NCBI GenBank assembly: GCA_963726735.1
Contig: CAVSDM010000011.1
Coordinates: 2,827-66,826, forward strand
Direction of reading: 5' to 3'
Source: an uncultured Acidobacteriota bacterium
GTDB lineage: Bacteria > Acidobacteriota > Blastocatellia > Pyrinomonadales > Pyrinomonadaceae
DNA: 64,000 bases
The position numbers and the translations under genes were made by a program. This document shows positions 47,981 through 59,162 of the stretch, in pieces. The notes beneath the pieces were generated by a model, which saw only the letters and a program-made list of their open reading frames with translations, did not search any database and had not been told where the DNA came from. Position 1 is the first letter of the stretch; every line of letters starts with the position of its first letter.

Positions 47981-48418
47981 TCAGGGTGCGCGGGTGCGCA
48001 TAAATCTCTTTGCGTCGGTCAACTCCCCCTGAATGCTCTCCTTCCAACCGTAAGGCGGGTCGTCCTGCGGACGGCCGGCGTGCCACATCAACGTGACGAC
48101 GTAGCCCTCTCTGTGTTTCCTGATCGCCTCTGCGACGATCTCCGGCCCGTAGTCCTTCGTCCCGCCGAGGATGAAGTCGGTGCCCCAGACGGCGGGGCGC
48201 TTGCCCGTCAGCGACTCGGCCACCTCGACGTACTTGTTCAGCTCTTGGTTGTAGTTGTGCTGCCCGGCCAGCGTCTGCTTTCCCCGCAATCCATAGAGGT
48301 AGCTCAAGAGCTTCCGCGCCTCCGGCGACGCGTCCCGGTTGATCGGTTGAAAGCTTTGAGCGGCCGCGTGCGCAGAGGCCATGAGCAACAGGGCGAGCGT
48401 CAGGATTTTCATCTTCAT
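47981..48418 (-). pseudogene. N-terminal ~145-aa remnant of a GH26-like (mannanase-family) secreted glycoside hydrolase
   Basis: Signal MKMKILTLALLLMASAHAAAQ. INRDASPEARKLLSYLYGLRGKQTLAGQHNY and GYVVTLMWH resemble GH26 N-terminal halves. The ORF ends after ~145 aa and only ~65 nt remain before the next gene. The region is AT-richer than its surroundings. Confidence 0.4.
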
Positions 48419-48627
48419 ATAGGTGGAAGATGTCGGCGACTACTTCGACAGACAGACCATCACTACATCATGTGAAGACACTTCGGCGACGAAGAACGTG
48501 GCGGTCGTGTCCGCGTCCCTCTTTGCCCACAGGTCGCGGATTTTGTAGCTCGCTTATTGAGGCCGAAACCATCGCTAAGGCGCCATACAATTTATCATCT
48601 TCGCGCGCGCCCGCGCTTGTGTAGAAT

Positions 48628-50043
48628 GTGCGCATGGCTAAAACGGTTCTGGCTCTCGTGGCGCTCCTCGTCCTGTCTCTGCTGCTGCCCGCGGCCGGTG
48701 CGCGTCAGGCGACGCGGACGATGCGGCTCGACTTCTACCACACCGGCACCGCGACGGAAGAGGTCTTCAGCCTCGACCGCGCCGTCGTCGAGCCGCTGGC
48801 GTGGCCGGGCAATCCGCGCCGCGCGGTGGACGACTCGAACCTCGGCAAGTATCTCTTCGAGGTGCGGGACGCGAAGTCCGACCGCCTCCTCTACTCGCGC
48901 GGCTTCGCCTCCATCTACGGCGAGTGGGAGACGACGGACGAGGCCAAGATCCTGCGCCGCACGTTCCAGGAGTCGCTCCGCTTCCCCGTGCCCGACGCGC
49001 CCGTCAAGGTCGTCCTCAAGAAGCGCGACGCGAAGAACATGTTCCGCGAAGTCTGGACGATCGCTCTCGACCCGGCCGACATTTTCATCGACCGTTCCCC
49101 CCTCAAAGCGCCCGCGCCGCTCATCGAGATTCAGAAGAACGGCGACTCGGCGTCGAAGGTCGATTTCCTCATCATCGGCGACGGCTACACCGCGGCCGAA
49201 GCGGGTAAGTTCGAGCGGGACGCGCGGCGCATGACCGAGGTGCTCTTCAAGACTTCGCCCTTCAAGGAGCGGCGGCAGGACTTCAACGTCTGGGGCTCTG
49301 CCCGCCCGCCGCGGAGTCGGGCGTCTCGCGCCCCTCGACGGGCGTCTACCGCGACTCGCCGCTCGGCGCGACCTTCGACGCCTTCGGCTCGGAGCGCTAC
49401 GTCCTCACGTTCGACAACCGGGCGCTCCGTCGCGCCGCCTCGTTCGCCCCTTACGAGTTCGTCGAAATCCTCGTCAACAACCGCACCTACGGCGGCGGCG
49501 GAATTCATAATCTTTACTCGACGGTCGCCGCCGATAACGCGTGGGCCGACTACGTCTTCGTCCACGAGTTCGGCCATCACTTCGCGGGACTGGCCGACGA
49601 GTACTACACCTCCTCGGTCGCCTACGCCCCGGCCGCCGAGCGCACCGAGCCGTGGGAACCGAACGTGACCGCACTGCTCGACCCCGCGAATTTGAAGTGG
49701 AAGGATTTGGTCGCGGCGGGCACGCCGATCCCGACGCCGTGGGGCAAGGAGGCTTTCGAGAGTTACTCGCGCGGGATACAGGAGCGCAGGGGGCAGATCA
49801 GGGCCGAGCGCAAGCCCGAAGAGGTGATGGAGGCGCTCTTCCGCGAAGAGCTGGGGCACGAAGAAAAGATGTTCGCGGCGGAGAAGTACGTCGGGCCGCG
49901 TCGGCGCCTTCGAGGGCGCGAACTACGAGGCCAAAGGCTTCTACCGCCCCGAGGTCGATTGCATCATGTTCACGCGCACGAACCACTTCTGCGCCGTCTG
50001 CCGCCGCGCCATCGAGCGCGTCATCGACATGTACGCGCGTTAG
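48628..50043 (+). CDS. M64-family (IgA-peptidase-like) zinc metallopeptidase; two frame breaks
   Basis: Signal VLALVALLVLSLLLPAAGA. N-terminal domain MRLDFYHTGTATEEVFSLD. KVDFLIIGDGYTAAE. Catalytic ADYVFVHEFGHHFAGLADEY (HExxH). C-terminal DCIMFTRTNHFCAVCRRAIERVI. Confidence 0.8.
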
Positions 50044-50518
50044 AGGCCGTTGGCCTTGCGGTACTCCTTGATGAAGGCGTCGGCGAACTTCTGGGCCGGA
50101 CTGGCGAAGAGCTTTTTCCGGCCCTGCCATGTGAAGAGGACGCGGCGGCCGCCGCCCGCCGCGGGGACGTAGGCCGAGCCGTAGCCGGCGTCGATGTCAA
50201 CATACTTGGGCTCCGTCTTGCCGGTGGGATTCCCCAGAACATCTCGCTTCTTCTCCATGCCGGCGGCGGCCGTGACCTTCTCGGCCGAGAAGAGGAGAAT
50301 CAGCTCGGCCGCACCGGGCGCGTCCACGACCTCGACGCCGACCTTCGACTTCCGCAGCGCCTCGACGATGCGCGCGCGGTTCTTCAGGCCGGCGCCCGCG
50401 TCCACGTAGACGCGCTTGAGCCCCTTCAACTCTGAAGGGCTCCGCGTGAGCTCCGCTCCTGCGCGAGCGACGCCGGGACGAAAAGCAGCAGCAACGTGAC
50501 GGCGGTCAGTAGTCTCAT
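50040..50518 (-). CDS. Secreted protein of unknown function; one frame break near the signal peptide
   Basis: ATG 50518 gives MRLLTAVTLLLLFVPASLAQE. The body is in ORF 50040..50555 (LKRVYVDAGAGLKNRARIVEALRKSKVGVEVVD). Confidence 0.4.
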
Positions 50519-50572
50519 GGGCCTTAATGTAAGGCCCGCCGCGGGCAGAAGGCAAGACCCGTTATGTCGCCC

Positions 50573-51544
50573 TCAGTGGCCGAGGTAGCGCTCGCCGGCC
50601 TCGACGCGCAGGGCCAGCCGGTTCTGCTGCGGCGGGAGCGGGCAGGTCGCGTACTTCGTGAAGGCGCAGGGCGGGCTGTAGGCGCGGTTGAAGTCGAGCG
50701 TGACGCGGCCGTCCGCGCCCGGCGGGTCGGCGTAGAGATAACGGCCCGCGCCGTAGGTCTCCTTGCCGCTCGTCTGGTCGGCGAAGATGATGAAGAACTG
50801 CTCCTCGCCCTTCTCCTTCAAGGCTTCGAGCCGGTAGGGGCGGCCGTCCACCTCGAAGGCGAGCGCGCCCGGCGAAATCTCCTCGGTCGTCATGTCGAGC
50901 ACGTTCAGAATCGGCACCTGCTTCGGCGGCTGGTACGGCTCGAAGCGCGCGTTGACGACCCACTTGCGGTCGGCGGGGTAGTAGTCCGTCCCCTTGAACG
51001 CGGCGCGCGCGGGGTTCTCGCGGTCTTTGACGCGCAGGCCCAGACGCTCGCCGCGCTTGACGACGTGGAAGCTCAGCGAGCCCATTTCGAGCATCGTCGG
51101 CTCGCCGTCCTCGTCGGACTTGAGTTCGAGCGTGGTGACGGGCTGACCCTTCGAAGTGATCTTCGCGTCGGGCTTTGCGTCGAGCGTGACCTTGCCCGCG
51201 GCGAGCCGGAGCGTCCCGGCCAGCGCAGGCGCTTTGCCGTCGGGCAGGACGATCTCACCTGTCAGGTCGCTCCCGAAACGGTTCTCGCCCTCCTTCAGCC
51301 AGAAGAGGCCGATGAGCGACAGCCAGCCGTCCTCGCTCTTCAGGTTCGCCAGCCGCTTCGCCTTCCACTGCTCCAACTCCTGCTCGTACGAAGCCCCACC
51401 CGGTGACGCCGCAGCAACAGGCGTCGCCGTCGGCTGCGGCTTTGCCGGCTCCTCCATCTTCGCGCATGAGACGAACAAGGTGAGTGCTGCGGTGAAGATG
51501 ATAAGTTTACGAATTGACACCCTTGAAACTCCTTCCATTGACAA
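50573..51544 (-). CDS. DUF1684-domain lipoprotein
   Basis: Intact ORF with LFVSCAK lipobox-like signal, DGWLSLIGLFWLKEGENRFGSD and GRYLYADPPGADGRVTLDFNRAYSPPCAFTKYATCPLPP. Confidence 0.75.
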   Translation of the reverse strand: MSMEGVSRVSIRKLIIFTAALTLFVSCAKMEEPAKPQPTATPVAAASPGGASYEQELEQWKAKRLANLKSEDGWLSLIGLFWLKEGENRFGSDLTGEIVLPDGKAPALAGTLRLAAGKVTLDAKPDAKITSKGQPVTTLELKSDEDGEPTMLEMGSLSFHVVKRGERLGLRVKDRENPARAAFKGTDYYPADRKWVVNARFEPYQPPKQVPILNVLDMTTEEISPGALAFEVDGRPYRLEALKEKGEEQFFIIFADQTSGKETYGAGRYLYADPPGADGRVTLDFNRAYSPPCAFTKYATCPLPPQQNRLALRVEAGERYLGH

Positions 51545-51547
51545 TCA

Positions 51548-51598
51548 GGTCAGAACCACCTGCGGTAGGAGCGGGTGATACGATGGTGGTGTCTGACC
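51548..51598 (-). other. Intergenic hairpin between the LLM oxidoreductase gene and the DUF1684 gene
   Basis: ggtcagaaccacc (51548-51560) faces ggtggtgtctgacc (51585-51598). There are 13 pairs with one bulged base and a 24-nt loop. Confidence 0.4.
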
Positions 51599-51613
51599 GC
51601 TACGGCATCGTAC

Positions 51614-52663
51614 TCAATTACCGGCGGCGATGCTTGCCTCGCGCCGCTTGATGACCTGTGCGGCGAAGCGCTCCATCTCTTCGAGCTGCGGGCTGCACTG
51701 GAGCAGGAGCAGATCGACGCCCGCGTCCTCGAACTCCTCGACCCGCGCCGCGACCTGCTCGGGCGTGCCCACCAGACCGGAGCGCAGGCCGCGGTTCGAG
51801 ACCGAGTAGTCTTCGAGCGACACGCGCTGCTCGAGCTGCGTCCCCGCGAGCCACTGCTGATAGTTGTCATAGCCCGCGGCCGACTGATGCACGTCCGTGA
51901 TGCGCTCAAGCTCCTTCTGCGCCTCTTCTTCCGAGTCGCGCACGACGCTGTACCCGGCCACGCCGTAGATCATCGGCCCGAGCCCCAGCCGCTCGCGCCG
52001 CGCAGACATGTCGCGCACCTTCTCGCGCACGCGCTCCGGCGGGTCGCCGTGCATCACGTAGGCGTCGCAGCGCGCCGCGATCAGCTCCTTCGCCGCCTCC
52101 GACTCGCCGCCCGCGTAGATGACGGGGCGCGGCTGCGTCATTGGCTTGGGTCTGCAGCACATGTCGGCGACCTTGTAGAACTTCCCCTCGTAAGAGAAGT
52201 GGTCCTCCTTCCACGCGCGGTCTACGACTTCGAGCCACTCGGCCGTGCGCGCGTAGCGGTCGTCGTGCTGCTCGAAGTGGACGCCGTACATCGCCGCCTC
52301 CGACGCCCACCACGACGAGACGACGTTGAGCGACAGGCGCCCGCCGCCGCCGATGTGGTCGATGTTGGCCGCCTGCTTGGCGAGGAGCGCGGGGTTGTGG
52401 AAGGTGGGGCGCACGGCCACCATCAACTCCAGCCGCTCGGTCACGGCCGCGAGCGCCGCGGCCGTAGACCACGCGTCGAGCGAGGGCGCCTCGACGCCCT
52501 TGATGTCGTTCAGATTCAGCTCGGCGACGAGCGTCAGGTCGTAGCCGATCTGCTCGCTGCGCCGGGCGAGGCGGCTGACGTAGTCCCAGCTCGCCTCCAT
52601 CCCCTCGTCCTCGACGTTCCGCAGCCAGCCGCCGAAGACCGGAAGCCAGTAGCCGTAACGCAT
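51614..52663 (-). CDS. LLM-class (luciferase-like) flavin-dependent oxidoreductase, RutA/SsuD-like
   Basis: Intact 349-aa ORF with MRYGYWLPVFGGWL, AAVTERLELMVAVRP, NIDHIGGGGRLSLNVVSSWW and PRPVIYAGGESEAAKEL. Confidence 0.8.
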   Translation of the reverse strand: MRYGYWLPVFGGWLRNVEDEGMEASWDYVSRLARRSEQIGYDLTLVAELNLNDIKGVEAPSLDAWSTAAALAAVTERLELMVAVRPTFHNPALLAKQAANIDHIGGGGRLSLNVVSSWWASEAAMYGVHFEQHDDRYARTAEWLEVVDRAWKEDHFSYEGKFYKVADMCCRPKPMTQPRPVIYAGGESEAAKELIAARCDAYVMHGDPPERVREKVRDMSARRERLGLGPMIYGVAGYSVVRDSEEEAQKELERITDVHQSAAGYDNYQQWLAGTQLEQRVSLEDYSVSNRGLRSGLVGTPEQVAARVEEFEDAGVDLLLLQCSPQLEEMERFAAQVIKRREASIAAGN

Positions 52664-53636
52664 CGGCGCACCTCCTCCTCCAGATAATCGACCAGCCGCG
52701 CGTGCGGGTCGAAGCCCACGATTCGCACCGCGTCCGCGACGAAGTTCGACAGCGCGTTGATGTCGTAAAAACGTGGCCGCCCGTCGCGCTCGTCGATCAG
52801 ATACTCGACGCCGCCGATGTCGAGACCCGCCTCGGCGGCGATGCGCTCGACCTGCCCGACGATCTCGGCCGGCGGTTCGTAACGCTCGATTTTCAGCCCC
52901 GCCTTCGGCGCGTCGGCCAGACAGACTTCGCCGACGGCCGCGATGCCCGTCTGCTCATTAGCCTTTCGAGGTCGCAAATCTCCGCCGGGCACAGATTGAA
53001 ATTCTCGCCCTCCGTGTAGACCTTCATCGCGTAGAGGAACTTCCCGGCCAAAGTCTCGACGCGGACGATGTGTCCGCCGCCCGCACGGATGTACTCCTGC
53101 ACGAGCGCCGTGCTGTCTATCCCGAGTTCGACGAGCCCCGACTGAAGCGCGTACTCAAGGTCGTCCGCGGTCTCGAAGCGCACGATGCCGGCGCCGCGCC
53201 CGCCGATGTTCGGCTTGACGACTACCGGGAACGTCAACGCGTGCGCGGCCTCTCGCACTTCAGCGAGACTGTTGACGACGCGCGTGCGCGGGAACTCGAA
53301 ACCGAGCGCGGCGAAGAGCGAGAGCTGCAAAGCCTTCGAGGTCTCGTAGTCGAACGCGCGGCTCCCGTTGACGACGCGGACGCCCGTCCGTTCGAGGTGG
53401 CGCAGGTAGTGGCGCGTGTAGAAGACCGCGTTGCCGTGGCCGCGCAGGTAGCTGGACGCGCTCATGCGGTTGAAGAGGAGCGCGAAAGACTCTTCCTGTG
53501 CACCCGGGTCGAAGCGGTGGCGGGCGGCGTCCACGCGGACGTAAGGCGTGCCCCGCCGTTCAAGCTCCGCGAAGAGCGGGCGGAACCAATCGGGGTGCTC
53601 GTAGTAGACGGCTATCGGCGGCAGAGGCTCTGCCAT
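52664..53636 (-). CDS. ATP-grasp domain protein (RimK-like fold); one frame break near 52990; 3' end unresolved
   Basis: FPVVVKPNIGGRGAGIV, LVQEYI and GGVEYLIDERDGRPRFYDINALSNF. The last frame (ORF 52534..52992) runs 130 nt into the LLM gene without a stop. Confidence 0.6.
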
Positions 53637-53726
53637 GCTGACTCCCTCCGGAAATAAAAAGGCCGCTCTGCGAGCGGCTGGGGTGACCCCGAAACCTTAA
53701 ACGCGGCGCGCGGGCAAGTCAAGCAA

Positions 53727-53790
53727 GTAAGCAGATGGCAGATGTCGGAATTCGTGGAACGTGTGCGGCGGCGGCCTACTGCCTACTGTC
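53727..53790 (-). repeat. Weak inverted word array (GTAAGCAG/GTAGGCAG family) after ilvD
   Basis: gtaagcagatggcagatg (53727-53743) faces cctactgcctactgtc (53775-53790). Only about 8 nt pair convincingly (gtaagcag with ctgcctac, where an A-C on plus is a G-U on minus). Confidence 0.35.
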
Positions 53791-55471
53791 CAAATCCGTC
53801 ACCGCGCCCAAACTGCTCGAAGAGACGAGCCGCGCGTACTTCGCGAGCACGCCGCGCGTGTGGCGCGACGGGCGGCGGGCTCCACGCCGCGCGCCGCCGC
53901 GCGATCTCCTCTTCGGGGACGTGGAGACTGAGCAGACGCGCCTCCGCGTCAATCGTAATCGAGTCCCCCTCCTCGACGAGCGCGAGCATGCCACCCACGG
54001 CCGCCTCCGGCGCGACGTGGCCGACGACCATGCCGTAAGTGCCGCCCGAGAAGCGCCCATCGGTGATGAGCGCGACGGCGTCGCCCAGTCCCGCGCCGAT
54101 GATGGCCGAGGTCGGCGCCAGCATCTCGCGCATCCCCGGCCCGCCGCGCGGCCCCTCGTAGCGGATGACGAGCACGTCGCCCGGCCGTATCGAGCCGTCG
54201 AGGATCGCGGCGAGGCACGCCTCCTCGGAATCGAAGACGCGCGCCGGGCCGGTCAACTGCGGGCCTTCACGCCGGTGATCTTCGCGACCGCGCCCTCGGT
54301 CGCGAGGTTGCCTTTGAGCACGGCCAGATGTCCGTCCGGGTAGACGGGCCGCTCGAACGGCCGGATCACGTCCTGATCGCGCGCGCGGCTCTGCCGGCAC
54401 GTCGGCCAGGACTTCCGCGATGGTCTGCCCGTGATGGTCAGCGCGTCGCCGTGCAGGAGACCGTTCGCCAGAAGCATCTTCATCACCTGCGGCACGCCGC
54501 CCGCCGCGTGCAGGTCGGTCGCGACGTAGCGACCCGAGGGCTTCAGATCGCACAGCACCGGCATGCGCGCGCGGATCGCCTCGAAATCGTCGAGCGCGAG
54601 CGGCACACTCGGCCGCATGCGCGATGGCGAGCAGGTGCAGCACCGCGTTGGTCGAGCCGCCCGACCGCCATCACGACCGCGATCGCGTTCTCGAAAGCCT
54701 TGCGCGTGAGGATGTCGCGCGGGAGGATCTGCCGCCGCACGGCCGTCGGCCAGCACTTCGCGCGGAGCGCGCGGCGCTGTCGGCCTTCTCGTCGTCCTCC
54801 GCCGCCATCGTCGAGGAGTAGGGCAGGCTCAACCCCATCGCCTCGATGGCCGAAGACATCGTGTTGGCCGTGTACATCCCGCCGCACGAGCCCGCGCCGG
54901 GGCAGGCGCGCCGCTCGACTTCGAGCAGGTCTGCCTCCTTGATCTTCCCCGCGCAGAAACTGCCCGACCGCCTCGAACGCGCTGACGACCGTCAGGTCTT
55001 CGCCGCCGAAGTGTCCCGGCCTTGATCGTGCCGCCGTAGACGAAGATCGAGGGGATGTTCATCCGCGCGATGGCGATCAACGCGCCCGGCATGTTCTTGT
55101 CGCAGCCGCCGATGGCGAGCACGCCGTCGAGGCTCTGCCGCCTGACAGACCGTCTCGATGGAGTCGGCGATGACCTCGCGCGAGACGAGCGAATATTTCA
55201 TCCCCTCCGTCCCCATCGAGATGCCGTCGCTGATGGTGATGGTGCCGAAGATTTGCGGCATCGTGCCGGCGGCGCAGAGAGCCTCGACCGCCCGCCCGGC
55301 CAACACGTTCAGACCCGCGTTGCACGGCGTGATGGTGCTGTAGCCGTTCGCCACGCCGATGATCGGCTTCTCGAAGTCCTCGTCGCCGAACCCCACCGCC
55401 CGCAGCATCGCCCGGTTCGGCGTCCGCTCGACCCCCTGCGTGACAATTCTGCTTCTGAAGTTGTCGCTCAT
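53776..55471 (-). CDS. ilvD: Dihydroxy-acid dehydratase; at least seven frame breaks
   Basis: [88 protein letters not shown] and [22 protein letters not shown]. The ending [11 protein letters not shown]-stop is at 53776. The pieces are spread over all three frames. Confidence 0.9.
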
Positions 55472-55477
55472 AAAAAA

Positions 55478-55676
55478 GTAGGCAGCAGGCAGTAATGGGA
55501 TAAAGTTCGCGTCGTGTTACAGCCCCGGAGGGGCGAGATGTTTATAGTAACAGCGATCAATTAATCCCGAGCCCGTCAGGGGCGGCATGCACATGCCGCT
55601 CCTCCGGAGCTTGGAAGATTAATAATCAGCTTGAGCTATAGACATGCCGCCCCTCCGGGGCTCACTGCCATCTACC
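55478..55676 (-). repeat. Second nested-palindrome element between ilvC and ilvD, flanked by word arms
   Basis: agccccggaggggcg (55521-55535) is the exact reverse complement of cgcccctccggggct (55648-55662). Degenerate copies of the same ~20-nt unit form a central palindrome around gcggcatgcacatgccgc (55582-55599). Outer arms are gtaggcagcaggcagta (55478-55494) and ctcactgccatctacc (55661-55676). Confidence 0.75.
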
Positions 55677-55678
55677 TT

Positions 55679-56695
<1,017 letters not shown>

Positions 56696-56710
56696 CTCAA
56701 TTCCTTTCAA

Positions 56711-56833
56711 GTAAGCAGGCAGTAGGCAGATGGTCAGCAGGCAGTTAAAACTTTCGGCGGCGGGCGGTTTGGGTTGAAGCGTCTGCGTCCTTCAGGGCGG
56801 AGCCGACTGCTCGATCTGCCTACTGCCTACTGC
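56711..56833 (-). repeat. Inverted word array (GTAGGCAG family) between ilvN and ilvC
   Basis: gtaagcaggcagtaggcagatggtcagcaggcagt (56711-56745) faces gactgctcgatctgcctactgcctactgc (56805-56833). A 14-nt perfect core (ggcagtaggcagat) has degenerate flanks. The ilvN stop (CAG TAG) lies in the right arm. Confidence 0.65.
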
Positions 56834-57318
56834 TCCTCATTCGACACGCGGTTGATGGCGATGTAGCCGGTGCGAGTGATGTCGTTGATGCCGAGGGGGC
56901 GGAGCAGCTCGATGAAGGCGTCCACCTTCTCTCGGTTGCCCGACGCCTCGATGAGCATGCGCGTATGCGAGATGTCCACGACCTTCGCGCGGAAGACCGC
57001 GACGAGACTCAAGACTTCCTGCCGCGCCGCGCCCGGCGTGGCCGAGACATCTATGAGCGCCATCTCGCGCTCGACGTGCGGCTGGCTGGTCACGTCGCGC
57101 ACCTCGCGCACGCGCGCGAGCCGCTCGCACTGCTTGACGATCTGCTCGACCGTGCGGTCGTCGCCCGTCGTCACCACCGTGACGCGCGACCATTCCGGGT
57201 CGAGCGTCGGGCCGACCGACAGCGTCTCGATGTTGAACCCGCGCGCGCTGAACAGCCCCACGATGCGCGACAATTCGCCCGGCTGGTCGGCGACGATGAT
57301 GGAGAGCGTGTGACGCAT
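56827..57318 (-). CDS. ilvN: Acetolactate synthase small (regulatory) subunit
   Basis: Intact 163-aa ORF. MRHTLSIIVADQPGELSRIVGLFSARGFNIETLSV is an ACT domain. It lies immediately downstream of ilvB. Confidence 0.9.
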   Translation of the reverse strand: MRHTLSIIVADQPGELSRIVGLFSARGFNIETLSVGPTLDPEWSRVTVVTTGDDRTVEQIVKQCERLARVREVRDVTSQPHVEREMALIDVSATPGAARQEVLSLVAVFRAKVVDISHTRMLIEASGNREKVDAFIELLRPLGINDITRTGYIAINRVSNEEQ

Positions 57319-57324
57319 AAATGC

Positions 57325-57371
57325 CGTGAATCGTGAATCGTAAATCGTGAATAGAACCTGCCTTTATCTAT

Positions 57372-57388
<17 letters not shown>
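57325..57388 (-). repeat. Heptamer array (CGTGAAT x3, CGTAAAT x1) forming a 20-bp perfect hairpin between ilvB and ilvN
   Basis: tgaatcgtaaatcgtgaata (57334-57353) faces tattcacgatttacgattca (57369-57388), with a 15-nt loop. The ilvB stop TGA (57372-57374) lies inside the right arm. Confidence 0.85.
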
Positions 57389-59159
<1,771 letters not shown>

Positions 59160-59162
59160 GAG

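Noticed and set aside
57325-57354. Heptamer and GTAGGCAG word runs as possible CRISPR arrays or microsatellites
   Set aside because: The repeat units are only 7-8 nt, with no spacers of 25-40 nt and no cas genes. Each run has a reverse-complement partner across a loop, so the runs are hairpin arms rather than CRISPR arrays or simple slippage tracts.
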